DNA of 63,361 nucleotides, filler included, from Pirum gemmata (GCA_002812295.1; 28 parts of 28 records of this genome joined end to end with filler, not necessarily neighbours in it), one strand, 5' to 3'; positions 49,080 to 63,088 are shown, counted from the whole stretch's first letter. Notes: generated by a model from the sequence alone, not told the origin. Numbers and translations: made by a program.

Positions 49080-49482
49080 AATTCTTAAAAATTAGATCGA
49101 AAATTTAGAAAGTTTCGAACTAGTCTCGATTCGATGGTTTTTACCGAATCTCATATACACCTGTTAGCAACCCCTACTAGCCAAATCTAGTTATTTACAA
49201 AAATGACGTCACTTTTTTATTTTGTTTTATTTATTCTCATAAAAATAATATGCCAGATAAATCGAAACTTTTGAAATTTTTTCGATCTAATTTTTTAAGT
49301 ATTGACTCGCTTTTGATTTCATTAAAAAATTCTTTTTTTTTTAAAAAAAAACTCTTAGAAATTTCATAGAAAAAGCTTGAAACTCGAAAAAAAAAGAATA
49401 TCATTTCAAAATTGTCACTTTTTTTTTTTAAAAAAAAAATTTGGATCGAGTTGTTTGATTCGATTATGTTTTTCCATATCTC
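49080..49482. mobile_element. TIR element family C fragments (two pieces)
   Basis: GATCGAAAATTTAGAAAGTTTCGAACTAGTCTCGATTCGATGG and ...GATTCGATTATGTTTTTCCATATCTC match the copies at 40138 and 60045. Confidence 0.75.
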
Positions 49483-50237
49483 CCAGTCCAATATATTATT
49501 CCTATATTAGTATATTATATATCAAACATTTTAAAAAACAGCCTAAAAAACGTCTAACTTTTTTTACTAATTAAAAGTCCCACTTTTTTTATTATTTTAT
49601 GTTTGAAAATTTCAAACCTATTAAATACCTATTACATTATTTTGTTCGTAAACTGAAAATTCTTATTGAAACCCCAAAAGTTAGACGTTTTTTCAACGTT
49701 GGCACCATATAAACAAGATCTACCTCCAAAAAAAAAATTTGAGTCAGTGCACTCAGAGCGACAAAAATCTAAAAAACATAGTTATGAAGCTATTTTTGAG
49801 CCTATGATAATTAGTTATAACGATTTTTTTTCAGACGATGTTGTCATTTTCTCACTAAAAACACCTGTTATTGGTTAAATATTTTGTTGGTAATCAATAT
49901 CATAATTTCCTGTTGCAAGTGTCTACGCCCCAATTATCTCCTTGCAATTATCTCTTTTCAGACTCCCCTTCTAGAGAATATCGTAGCGTATTCTACCCAT
50001 AACACGGTATTAAAAGGTTAGGGTTAAAAGGTTAAGGTTATGGTTAAGGTTAAGGTTAAGGTTAAGGTTAAGGTTAAGGTTAAGGTTAAGGTTAAGGTTA
50101 AGGTTAAGGTTAAGGTTAAGGTTAAGTTCAAGCATTCTTTTACTTTTTTTTGTTTTTTTTCATTCAAAAGCAGAATTCTACCCTATTAAAAAAGGCAGAC
50201 CAGAAATGTGAAAGGGCCAATTATCTGCTTGGTAAAC

Positions 50238-50400
50238 CTCTCCCAATTCTGCTCAAGCCCGAAAACTCGAATTTCTACTGTCCAAAAAAAAGCCGATATT
50301 CAGCCCTGTTCGAATACTTAACTGTTAGCTTAAAATTTTCGAATTTATTTAATTAATGCATAGGTTCGAAAACTCGATTTTAAACAAAGCAGAATACTGC
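50238..50400. mobile_element. Putative small TIR element family F
   Basis: CTCCCAATTCTGCT...AGCAGAAT; its right half is the reverse complement of 43703-43800. Confidence 0.5.
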
Positions 50401-51083
50401 TGGTAAAAGAATTTATCGTATACCATATATGAAAAAAATGGAATATCATAATTATCATAATATTATTATTTCTAATTTTCTCGCATATTATTAAATTTTA
50501 TTTATTTCAGTTATTTATTTATTATAATTATAACTTATAAAAAAAAAATCCACTTATTTTTCCTTTTTTTGTATATTTTCTATTTTATTATTGGTTAAAA
50601 AAGGTTTTTTAAAAACATTGACTAATGATTGGTCAGATTTGATGCGGGAAATTTCAAAAAAAGCATAAAACATATAAAACAACTATAAAACATTGCCCCC
50701 TCAGCCCTCTGATTTTTTTGGTGCTTTGGACTGTTTTTTTTCCTTTTTAGGGAAAAAAAAAAAAAGTAGACTAGAGATAGGTTCGAGGATATCTTAAAAG
50801 CTACTTGCGATTAGACGATTATGATTTTGAATTAGNNNNNNNNNNNNNNNNNNNNNNNNNNNNNNNNNNNNNNNNNNNNTTAATTAATTAANNNNNNNNN
50901 NNNNNNNNNNNNNNNNNNNNNNNNNNNNNNNNNNNTAATAATAATAATAATATAATAATAAATAATGCACAATATTTGTATGAAAAAATAAAAAAATAAA
51001 AAAATAAAAAATAAAAAATAAAAAATAGTAAATTTATTTTTATTTTATTAATATATAATATCATATATAAAGTTTTCATTTAT

Positions 51084-51689
51084 TTACAAAACTTTACGAG
51101 CTTCACTAGCTCCGAATCGCATAGTCCACGCATCTTCAGTTGCTAAGCCTTTATTTTTTTTATTTTCCGTAACCAAAAATTGGCGAGTTCCAGTTTGGTC
51201 AAGGTAGAAATCTCCTTGAGTAAAAATTTGCTTGCAAAAATCGGTTCCTGAAAAATAAGTAGAATAAGAAACAATAAGGCTGTCTAAATTATTGGCAGGG
51301 GTAGCAATGGAATAACTTACAGTGCAAAGATTTTTGGTTGCAGGGTCACTAGTAAAAATAAACTTTATATCACTAACACAACCATATTGACTTGGACAAT
51401 CAACAATTTCGTAGAAGAAATCAGTACTTACAGCCTCAGAAGTGTATTTAATAGCTTGTTGTCTTGGTGATTTGCTTAACCATTTAAAATTGAAAGGGTT
51501 GTATTGAGTTGCTTCGATTGTAAGTAGCAGGTCTTTTTTGCTAGGAAGTTGGTTGGTCACCTTTAGGTTAAGTATTAAATTGTTCCAACTTTGTGGTTTC
51601 ACTGCATTAGTGATTTCGTTTTGAGGAACAGAGACAGCGTTGGAGGCTAGAGCAAAACTAAAAAGAGTGGCAATTGTAGAATACAACAT
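51084..51689 (-). CDS. Intronless secreted protein of unknown function (201 aa)
   Basis: Complete ORF, signal-peptide-like MLYSTIATLFSFALASNA, four Cys, beta-strand-like alternation. Confidence 0.8.
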   Translation of the reverse strand: MLYSTIATLFSFALASNAVSVPQNEITNAVKPQSWNNLILNLKVTNQLPSKKDLLLTIEATQYNPFNFKWLSKSPRQQAIKYTSEAVSTDFFYEIVDCPSQYGCVSDIKFIFTSDPATKNLCTVSYSIATPANNLDSLIVSYSTYFSGTDFCKQIFTQGDFYLDQTGTRQFLVTENKKNKGLATEDAWTMRFGASEARKVL

Positions 51690-54600
51690 GATTAATTAAT
51701 AATAGATATTGAAATTTAAAAAAATGGAAAGAAAATATTGTTCGTTTTATTTATTATTATTATTTATTGTTTAATTTTTTTTTTTGTTTGTTTGTTTTTT
51801 TGTTTGTTTTTTTAGTTTTTTAGGTTTATTATTATTATTTTTTTATTATTATTGATTTAATTTTTCAGTGTTAAATACTAATAATTGTATCGATATTTTA
51901 AAAATTTGGTGCTTTTTTTTTATTTTTTTTTTTTTCACTGCAGCAGGGTGGGGTGTAGACCTCTCGCTTGCAGTCTTTTTATTTATTGTATCACTCTGAA
52001 TATTTATTTGGTTGTTTATAATCTTTAAATTGATACTTTTAAATAAATAAATAAATAATAAAATACACCAAATTAAATGAAATGGATTTATATAGAATTA
52101 ATTTGGTACTATTTATTGTATATTAATTAAAAGCACATTATAATAATAATTAATATTATAATAATATATTATAATATTATTTACATGTGGAACCAGATGT
52201 GCATCTTATCTTTCTCACCTTTGGACATAGTCTATCGTGTTGTCCAAATTAATTAAGAGTAACAAACTAAATGAAAAGCACGATATTATTATGGTATAAT
52301 ACTGATTATATTAATATTAAAAACTATTAGATATTAATATATATTATATTTTAATTAAAATTTAGTACTTTATATTTACTTTTAAAATGTTGTATTTTAA
52401 TATATTATATAAATAAGTTCAATTACTACTTAAGTATTAATATTAACACTATAAATAAACACAAGGACGTATTAAACATTCATTTCAACTATTAAATAAT
52501 CCAACTATCATAACCTTCACTTTAGTATATAAATAAGTTCAATTACTACTAAGTCTTAAGTATTAATATTAACACTATAAATAAACACAAGGACGTATTA
52601 AACACTCATTTCAACTATTAAATAATCCAACTATCATAACCTTCACTTTAGTACATTGTCTTAGCTTTGATTTACATAAATTTAATAAGAGCCCACCAAG
52701 ACTGCCTGTGATTTTCAGTTGTTTTGTAATCATAAAATCATGAGAACTACTCCTGATAAAATATATAATATTAATACAGAGTAACAAATTGATACAATAT
52801 AAATCCACTCTTTATTTTAATAGTATATTTTATTATTAATATCTATTTATTTATTTTAAATTTTCAATTTAAAGGTTACAAATAACACACCAAATAAACA
52901 TTCAGATCTAGCTATATAGTGACAAAGCTTTGACAAAATAAATGAAAGCACAATAGACTATTATAGCACTATATAGTATTATTATTATTATNNNNNNNNN
53001 NNNNNNNNNNNNNNNNNNNNNNNNNNNNNNNNNNNTTAATTAATTAANNNNNNNNNNNNNNNNNNNNNNNNNNNNNNNNNNNNNNNNNNNNTATTATTAT
53101 TATTTAATAAGTTTATTTACACTGTGTGGAAAGCGGTACCCATTTCATTATCATGTATAAACTTTATAATGTTTTTAACTATGCTGGTAAAAGTAAATAA
53201 CCTTGTATTAAATTTTTATAGTCTTGGAATAGTCTAGTGAAAAAATACAGTAAAAATACTTGAGAAAATTAATGCCCACTGCAGTACTTTGAGGTGCTAT
53301 TTCGACTATATTGCAACTATATTGCATCATATAGTTAGACGTTGCAACAATATGAGAAAAATAACTACGTCAAAAATACGTCATATAAGATATAAAAACG
53401 ATTTGATTGGCTACTTTTTGTGAGCATTCAGAATATTGTGGCAATAGGTGGGACCTTAGTGTATTAATTAGATCTTTCCAAAATCTAAAGCGTGCCAAAA
53501 TTATATAAATTGGTAGGACTTTTACATTATTTTACTCTTTCTTTTTTTGGAATTTTTTGGAAAAATCTAATTTTCCGTGTATTGTTTTTTTTTCTAATTG
53601 AATAAGCACTGAATATTGTTTTGCGCCTTAACAAAATACAGTGCTGTACTATAAAAAATCAGACCTATTTCTATTTTTTTGTTGGCTACAGCAAATGAAG
53701 TTTACGAACTCAGATAATTAAATATTTGACCAATAGTCTAATTTAATTTGATCTAATAACTATGAAATGGTTACAAAGGTCTAATTTTCCGAATAATATT
53801 TAAATTGATATTTTTAAATTAATAATTAGATTATAAAATATACCAGATTAAATAAAATGGGTTTATAATGTATTAATTTGGTATTCTTTATTGTATGATG
53901 ACAAAACAACTGAAAAGCACGATAGACCATAGACCCCAGGTAAGGGTTAGGGTTAGGGTTAGGGTTAGGGTTAGGGTTAGGGTTAGGGTCTAGGGTTAGG
54001 GTCGGTCTACATCGAACGGTAAACTAGTCTAGCCTCCCGGTTCCCCCTCTCTAGCTAGTAGACCCGGGTCTCTAGAGTCTAGACTAGCTAGTAGCTAGCA
54101 GCTAGCTAGCTACTACTTTTTACGATAAATCCCGCCGGCACCATATATGGTAAAACATGTTATAAGTTTCTTTTTTTGGTTATAATGCTTACATAAATAG
54201 CTAGCTAGCTAGAGCTACCAGCTAGTGTTTTTCAGTTGTTTTGTCACCATAAAATTTATTAATATTGTGCTTTTCATTTATTTTGTCACTCTAAATATTT
54301 ATTTGGAGGGTTATAATCTTTGAATTGACATTTTTAAATCAATTCATAGATAATAAAATATACCAAAATATATCAAATGGATTTATATTGTATTTATTTG
54401 GTACTATTTATTGTATATTTCATGATGACAAAACAATTGAAAAGCATAGGTTTGAAAAGTTCGAGATTATATATAATATACATTATTTATTATGAATAAT
54501 GTTGGAATATAATGTTTAGGTCTATTATGAATTTATGAATAATGATTGATCATTAAAAATCACCAGAATGAACCAAAAACTGACCAAGCAAAATATTAAA

Positions 54601-54837
54601 CAAATGCACACAGAAGTCATTAACGAATAAAGTATAAATAATTATAATTCTACTCACCATTACAATCTACTTACTGTGAGTCTGTTGTTACAATTAGCAA
54701 TCAACAGTTAAAAGAAGGGTTGTTTACGACTAAATTCCTGGGGAGCAAGCTTACAAACAAATCCCAATCTAAATACTGTTTTTTATATGTTGCTCTATAT
54801 ATTTCTTGTTCTGGCTTACGGTCTTTGGAATAAAAAG

Positions 54838-55010
54838 GTTTACGAGAATTTACCTGAGCAAGTAGTGACGCTTCTGTGTAATCATCTAACATGTGTGATT
54901 GTCGGTCAGTTTCGTATGCTTTAGATAATATAGAGAAACAGCTCACAGAATCACGAATTACCATGCAAGGTAAAAGCTAAACGTGTACATTTAATCCAAG
55001 CTTGCAAGAC
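54838..55010 (-). pseudogene. Decayed hAT-like transposase C-terminus
   Basis: LQAWIKCTRLAFTLHGNS*FCE[frameshift]CFSILSKAYETDRQSHMLDDYTEASLLAQVNSR resembles W...P[NS]SAxxERxFSxL...QxxxLxDYxExSxMLQxN. Confidence 0.6.
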
Positions 55011-56311
55011 TCAGCTAATAATTCACGATATCGATGTGATTTAGACTATTACTAATATTATTATTATTATTATGAGTATTATTATTATATACATTATTAT
55101 GATTATAATTATAATTATTATTATTATATTAATATTATATTAATATTATNNNNNNNNNNNNNNNNNNNNNNNNNNNNNNNNNNNNNNNNNNNNTTAATTA
55201 ATTAANNNNNNNNNNNNNNNNNNNNNNNNNNNNNNNNNNNNNNNNNNNNCACACTACGTTCTACAAGTTCTATAATACTAGCTAGACTAGCTGGGCTAGC
55301 TAGTAGTAGCCCTGGCAGGCCTGGCTCTATGGTGTAGAAGAATACAGACCCATATGCATAGCTAGCCGCTGGTTAAGCAGAACTTTAAAGTTTAAGCAGC
55401 CTTTAGAAGCAGCTACTACTATTGATATTGATAGCTAATAATGCATAGACTACGTATAGAAAATTTAATAGAACATTTTATATTTTATATGATAGTATTA
55501 TATAAAATATATATAATAATATGTTTAGGCAAAAGGGTTAGGAAAAATAGAATTTTGCCCTAAATCTTCTAAATCTAGTATCTATAATTTTTATATATCG
55601 TCAAAGACCCCATGAAAAAACTTTTCTTTTTCCTGGGGTCTTTGATATCGTGTGTATAATATCATATTATCCTTTAATATCATTTGTATTATGTAAAAAA
55701 TATTTTCATATCTGCGCTGATTGTTATATTTTTAATAATTATTATTATATTATAATATTATATTATTTAAAATTAACAACGCAGGGTTAGACATTAATAT
55801 GTAGACCAAAAACCAAACAAACAAAACAAAACAAAACAAAACAAGTTGATTTTTGCAAAAAAATTAATACATATACAATATCAATATGATAGTTATTCTG
55901 AGCTCGATAATCCCCTCCCCATACATAAAAACTCTTTTCCTGGTCATAAGTATTATTGAAAATTATATTGAAATACACTGTAATATTACATACTACTCGT
56001 AATGGTTTGTGATTGTAAAAATCGTTATAATATAAAATTAAATAATATGGCACTATAATTATGATTGTCATTAATATTGTTTAATTCTAATTACAATAAT
56101 TGAATGTGTCATTAAAATTTGCAAATTTATAAAATCATAAAGTTTTAAAAATAATACATTATTATGTATTATGAAAAGTATTATAAAGACTTCGTATTAC
56201 ACTGTTTTTTAATTTTAAATTAGGGTTCTTCGGTGCTGCATTCTGGATTTGCTAGATTTTTTTGTTTTTACTTTTTTGGTCTTCAACTGTTTCAACAGCT
56301 CTTCAACATTA

Positions 56312-56456
56312 GGGAGCATTCAAATACTACGTAAAGCCAATTTCCAGTCAAATACAGCTTCAAATACCCCTACCTACCTACTCCTCGACGTTAATTTCTG
56401 GTCAAATACCACCTACCTACCTACCCCTTGACGTGACGTATTATTTGAACGCTCCC
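56312..56456. mobile_element. MITE family A, full copy (inverted relative to 6006)
   Basis: TTA-GGGAGCATTCAAATACTACGT...ACGTATTATTTGAACGCTCCC. Confidence 0.85.
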
Positions 56457-56845
56457 TTTTAGTCCTTGAAAAGTTACTGCACTGACTATCCGATAGCTAG
56501 TAGCTAGATACTAGTATCTACTACTACTACTACTACTACTACTACTATGATACTACTACTACTATGATAGTCTATCGATACCTAGTTCTCTCTAGTAGAG
56601 TAGAGCTAGCTAGTCTCAGCTCTAGAGTAGTCTAGCTAGCTAGCTAGGGTCTAGCTAGCTAGCTAGTAGCTACGTACCACTACTAGCTAGCTAGCTAGCT
56701 AGTAGACCCAACTGAGAAATTACACAGAAGGGATACTGAGATATTATATATAATATTCTATCATATTCACAAAAAATAATAATAAAAATATATATTATAT
56801 GATATTATTATAATTATTATTGTTATAATAATATTATTATTATTA

Positions 56846-56876
<31 letters not shown>

Positions 56877-56997
56877 NNNNNNNNNNNNNNNNNNNNNNNN
56901 NNNNNNNNNNNNNNNNNNNNTTAATTAATTAANNNNNNNNNNNNNNNNNNNNNNNNNNNNNNNNNNNNNNNNNNNNGTAATCACCATCACCATCATC

Positions 56998-57100
<103 letters not shown>

Positions 57101-57129
57101 CCAGTATTAAGTAAAAATTAAGTAATTAC

Positions 57130-57870
57130 CTTTTCCAAATTTTTTAGTAATAAAATAAGATTCAATTGAAGAAACGCCTTTTTTCGTTTTCTCGAAATCA
57201 GTTTTGTATTTATTTTTTTTATCTCTTATTTTAATAGCATTACTAGAAATAAATGGAAGGGTTTTAATTTTCGTGACATCGATTAAGTGCTGATTGGTAT
57301 CCTAAAACAAATTGAATAAATGAATAAATTAAATTAATAAATAAATTAAAAATATAAATGAATAAATGAATGAATGAATGAATGAATGAATAAATGAATG
57401 AATGAATGAATAAATAAATGAATGAATAAATGAATAAATGAATAAATGAATAAATTAAACATATAAATGAATAAATGAATAAATGAATAAATGAATAAAT
57501 GAATAAATAAATAAATGAATAAATGAATAAATGAAGAAATAAAGAAATGAAATAAATCAATGAATGAATGAATGAATGAATGAATGAATGAAGAAATGAA
57601 CTAAATGAACTAAATGAATAAATGAATAAATGAATGAATGAATAATTGAATAAATGAATAAATGAATAAATGAACAATATAAATGAATAAATGAATAAAT
57701 GAATAAACAAATAAATGAATAAATGAATAAATGAATAAATTAAATAATTAAATGAATGAAATAAATAAAATAAATGAATAAATGAATAAATGAATAAATG
57801 AATGAAAATGGTACCTTAACCTCTGAGTTTACTAATAACCGTGGAAATGCAACCTGATGGTACCCATCAT
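57130..57870 (-). CDS. Two internal exons of an unidentified protein (57870-57815, 57301-57130)
   Basis: Phase-0 GT-AG join DGYHQVAFPRLLVNSEVK|DTNQHLIDVTKIKTLPFISS...SYFITKKFGK; intron filled with (ATGAATAA)n. Confidence 0.55.
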
Positions 57871-58388
57871 CTATTAAATTCTATATTTTGGAAAATATTA
57901 AAAAAAACATTTTGTTTTTTCAAATAAAAAATATTATTTAATTCTATATTTTTGGAAAATATTAAGAATCATCATCTGTTAATTCTATATTTTGAAAATA
58001 TTCAGAACCATGTTAGAGGTTAGAGTTAGGGTTAGGGTTAGGGTTAGGGTTAGAGGTTAGGGGTAGGTGTAGGGTTAGGGTTAGGGTTAGGGTTACAACA
58101 TAATCCAATAGTTGGAAAATATCAAGAACATCTTGTATTAATTTTATATTTCGGAAAATAATAAAAAATATTTAGTTTCTATATTTATAAAATATTAAGA
58201 ATATCTTCTATAAATTCTATATTTGGGAAAACATTACGAAATTCAGTTTTTTTAAATAATAATACGGTATACATTGCGTCTAAGAATCCCCAACTTTTTG
58301 GGTCATTTTCAAATTCTTATTTCTCAACGAAAAATCCCTAAACAAAAATTTTATCGTACACATAAAAGTGTTGAGTCCAAAAATTAAT

Positions 58389-58710
58389 TATAAAAGTATA
58401 GGGGGGAATTCATCTATCATGATAAAACTCCGGATTTAGAATCTTTAGCCCAAAAGAAAGTTTGGCGGTACTCCCACTAAAAAAAATAAAAACTTCTAAA
58501 GAAAAATCGATTTAAAATTTTTGGTAATATATATATATATATGACCATTGTTCGAAACTATCGAACATAAGTAAGTATATATATTCGAATAGTTCAAAAC
58601 ATTTACTATAAAAGTGTAGGAAGAAATACCTCAGTCATAATAAAACTCCGGATTTAGAATCTTTAGCCCAAAAGAAAAAGTATAGTGGCACTCTCACTAA
58701 ATAAAAAAAA
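58389..58710. repeat. Direct repeat of a ~100-bp unit
   Basis: ATAAAACTCCGGATTTAGAATCTTTAGCCCAAAAGAAA at about 58422 and 58640. Confidence 0.8.
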
Positions 58711-60044
58711 TGAAAAATTTTCGACAAAACTGATCGAACATTCCAACATAAGTATTTATATATGATCGAACACATTTGTGTTCAATATTCGAGCATTTGT
58801 GTTCAATATTCGAGCATATAAATTTATGTTTGAATCTTCGAACAAAGTAATAATTATGTTCGGTTTTTCAAACATATATTAATTATGTTCGAAATGTTCG
58901 AGTCTAAAGAAAAAAATTTGGCCGCTTTTTCAAAAGTTGGCAGTTTTTAGACTCAATGCACCATAATAATAATAAATAAAAACAGAGTTAGGGTTAGGGT
59001 TAGGGTTAGGGTTAGGGTTAGGGGCAGTGTTAGGGGTAGGGGTAGGGGTANNNNNNNNNNNNNNNNNNNNNNNNNNNNNNNNNNNNNNNNNNNNTTAATT
59101 AATTAANNNNNNNNNNNNNNNNNNNNNNNNNNNNNNNNNNNNNNNNNNNNCAATAACAATAACAGTAACCAAATTTTTAAAAGTTCTGTATTCGAAATTC
59201 CTTATCAAACGAACAGTAATTACACAATCATTTTCGTTTAAGTTCATCCTTACTACTTGGGGTTTATTCTATTGTATTCTCTTACTGATAAGGCTAAGGC
59301 TAAGGCTAAGGCTAAGGATTAAGGGTAAGGATAAGGATAAGGATAAGGATAAGGATAAGGATAAGGATAAATATAAATATAAAGATAAAGATAAAGATAA
59401 AGATAATATAGATAAAGATAAAGATAATGATAATGGTGAAGATAAAGATATTCTTGGTAAAGATAATGATAATGATAATGATAATGATAATGATAATGAA
59501 AATGAAAATGAAAATGTTTTTTTTTTTTTTTTTTAAGGTCAAATGGTTCACTATCTATAAGCAATAATCATTGCGAAAGTTTATGAAGTTGACTTATGCG
59601 AGGGCTTAGATCTGCTCAGATGCAAACTAAAAATAACAAAAAATTTTAACCAATAGCGATGGAAAGCCACCAGAAATATACAAATATATTTGACTCGACC
59701 CGAATCTCTTTTTGTCGAAAGCTCGTTCGTAAAGCTCGATTCTTTTATCTCGCTCGATTCCCTATTGGCTTGTAAAGTCTATAATTCCAAAAGTAGTTTG
59801 AAGCTCGTAGGAAAGCATACTATTCGAACAGTTCAAAAACTGATATAAACGTACCAAATTGTTATTATGGATAAACTATTAGGCATGTTTTAGTTAATTT
59901 GGTATTTTATATTTTATGTTTTATTTTATGAAAAAGCTCAATTATACAATTAAACAGTACCAAATTAAAGATTAAGAGGATAACTATTCGAAAATCGAGT
60001 TATTCGGTTTTCCTTGTTCCTCATTAAATTTTTATAAATAGACA

Positions 60045-60340
60045 GAGATGCGGGAAAAACTATCGAATCGAGACTAGTTTGAAACTTTCAAAGTTTTTCG
60101 ATCTAATTCTAAGTATTAACTTACTTTTGATTTCATAAAAAAATTCGGAAAAAACTATCGAATCGAGATTAGTTCGAAACTTTCGAAATTTTTCGATCTA
60201 ATTTTAAGTTTTCAAAATTATTTTTAGAAATTTCATAAAAAAAAACTTGAAACTCGAAAAAAAAAGAATATCATTTCAAAATTGTCACTATTTAATAATT
60301 AGAATCGAGCTGTTTGATTCGATTATATTTCCCGTATCTC
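60045..60340. mobile_element. TIR element family C, full copy with an internal duplication
   Basis: GAGATGCGGGAAAAACTATCGAATC...GATTCGATTATATTTCCCGTATCTC. Confidence 0.82.
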
Positions 60341-61321
60341 CTGGCACAGTTTACTACTAGACCAGCGCCACCACTCACCTACCGTCTCTTCATTGTCTTC
60401 AATGACTCTTCAATGTTGATTTAAACCAATGAAAAACTTTAAAAATAAAGATTCTGATTTTCACTATTTTTGAATTGTAGGCTATTATTTTATATCTAGT
60501 TATAGAAATTTTACAGAAATTTTATGGGAAGAATACTGGAAGAATAGTGAAAGAATGCATAAGAATGCCTAAGGTAGCCTATGGTATGCTATGAGGAAAA
60601 TGCCTATGGTAGCCTATGTATGGACTGCTATGGTGTGCTAATAATATTATATTAGAACGAGCAAGCATTGTCCAGCAGCAACACTCCAGCAACCCAAAAA
60701 ATGTCTCACTGATTTTTTCAGCTTTTTTCAGCTAATTTTTGAGGAGATGAAGTCAAAAGTAGGTATTTTTGGTATGATAGTTAGTAAATATGTTTTATAT
60801 ATATTAACATATTCATTCACTACCAAAACATTTACATACTACCAAAATACCCACCTAACCCTAACCCTAACAGCCCCTAACACCAACCCTCACCCCATCC
60901 CTATGGGCAAGAAACGAAACCCTAGAGAATACAACCTTAAACAGTAATATATAATATTAATTAAAATAGAAATTTAGTTATTAATTATTTTAATATAAAA
61001 AGTTATTCATCTACTTTTTATACCAATAGTATGCCTATGGTGTCGTGTTTTTCAATAGTGTTGTTCAGTTCAAAAAATGAAATAAACGTACCAAATAATA
61101 ACTATTAGGCATTTTTTAATTAATTTGGTAATTTATACTTAATGTTGTATTTTATAAACAAGTTCAATTATATACTTAAACAGTACCAAAGTAAAGATTG
61201 AGAGGNNNNNNNNNNNNNNNNNNNNNNNNNNNNNNNNNNNNNNNNNNNNTTAATTAATTAANNNNNNNNNNNNNNNNNNNNNNNNNNNNNNNNNNNNNNN
61301 NNNNNATTATTATTATTATTA

Positions 61322-61364
<43 letters not shown>

Positions 61365-61372
61365 TATTATTA

Positions 61373-61419
<47 letters not shown>

Positions 61420-61499
61420 GTTATTATTATTTTATTATAATCATAATCAATTATAATTCTGATATTAACCAAAATACAATTTTTTTTTTTTCAAATTTA

Positions 61500-61975
61500 C
61501 AGAAATAAGAATTGATCAATTTATAATTTTGTGTTATTTATTGTTTCAATTTGGAAACTAAAGAATTTGCCAAAAAAGTTAATAAATTCTTTTGATTTAC
61601 AATTAGATCCTAATAACCCCTTTTCTTATTTTGGAAATTCTGAATTAAAAGATATTATTGAAAATACTAAATATAGTAGATACAAAAGAGAATGTTATTG
61701 GTACTCTTTGTCAGAAATTGAACGAAGTATTTGTATTGCTTCCATGCGTGATGGAAAGGCAACATAAAAAGGAAAAAGAAGATTATAATCTAAATACAAG
61801 TTTAAAGTTAATAAATATGTTGGGAATGTCTGTCAAAAATGGAAAGAAATAATCAGATATCTTACATGTACGATGGAAGGGCAACATTTTTTGAAAGTAT
61901 GACGGAAAAGTAAAAAGAAGATTATTATGCTGAAATAAGTGAAATCTTAAAGATATATTGGTGATCATTTAAAGC
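61500..61975 (+). pseudogene. Stop-riddled coding remnant, possibly a DNA-transposon protein N-terminus
   Basis: One frame reads YKRECYWYSLSEIERSICIASMRDGKAT*KGKRRL*SKYKFKVNKYVGNVCQKWKEII with scattered in-frame stops; family not securely identified. Confidence 0.35.
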
Positions 61976-62192
61976 TGGTGTACAACCAATTCCTGGAATG
62001 CCCAGCTATGTAACCAATTCCTGGAATGGTATAACTGTACTTTTCCGTTCTTATTTTTTATTATTTTCGGTCTCTTCTTGTAAGGAGTGTTTCTAAATTG
62101 TTGTTAATGAATATTAAATCAAATATACCAAAATCTTAAAACCCTTTTTATTATTTTATTTTCTATTAATGAAGTTATTTATTAAAAGTATT

Positions 62193-62223
<31 letters not shown>

Positions 62224-62265
62224 TTATTTCTATTATCATTATTATTATCATTATTATTATTATTA

Positions 62266-62303
<38 letters not shown>

Positions 62304-62359
62304 GTTATTTATTTCGGTTAATTCTGGAATTATTGGTGGGGGAGAATTTGTAGATTTGA

Positions 62360-62407
<48 letters not shown>

Positions 62408-62913
62408 TGTTGTTACTGTTATTAACTATTGTTTATTGTCATTGTTTAATTGTTTATTGTGATTGTGACTTTGATTGTGATAGTGATGATTATCTTCATC
62501 CTAACCCTAACCCTAACCTTAAAACCCTTAACCTCAACCTTGGATCAGGGATATTTATAACTTTATATTATTATTATTATTATTATTATCATTATTATTG
62601 TTATTGTTGTTGTTGTCATTGTTATTGGTTATTGTTTATTGCTATTGTTTAATTGCTTATTGTGATTGTGATAGTGATTGTGATATTGATTACTATTCTC
62701 ACCTTAACCCTAACTCTAACCCCTAACCCTAACCCCTAATCCCTAATCCCTAACCCCTAATCCCTAACCCCTAACCCCTAACCCCTAACCCCTAACCCTA
62801 ACCCCTAATCCCTATAACCCCTAACTATTAACCCTTAACCCCTAACCCCTAATAACATAAATTGTTACAATAACGATAATTAAATGAATTTATACAAAAC
62901 TTAAAAAACTAAC

Positions 62914-63088
62914 GCACCGGAATGCCGGCCTCCATTAAAACTTCATAAACAAGAGTGCGATCAAATAATAATTTTTGTGCTTCCAAATCGTTGATCAAAA
63001 ATGGTTTATTTAATTTAATATAATCCAAAGCTTTCTCTAAAGGGAACCCTCCAGAACAAAAAGTTATTAAAGCCTCGCATTTAGGCCA
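62914..63088 (-). CDS. PPIP5K: Internal exon of inositol pyrophosphate kinase PPIP5K/Vip1 (kinase domain)
   Basis: [58 protein letters not shown] matches WPxCDxLISFxSxGFPLxKAxxYxxLRxPFxINDLxxQxxxxDRRxVY. Confidence 0.92.

Noticed and set aside
52611..52808. KVKVMIVG resembling the start of a Roc GTPase domain
   Set aside because: A stop follows before any GKT/S P-loop; the region is a short tandem duplication abutting a family D repeat. At most a relic.
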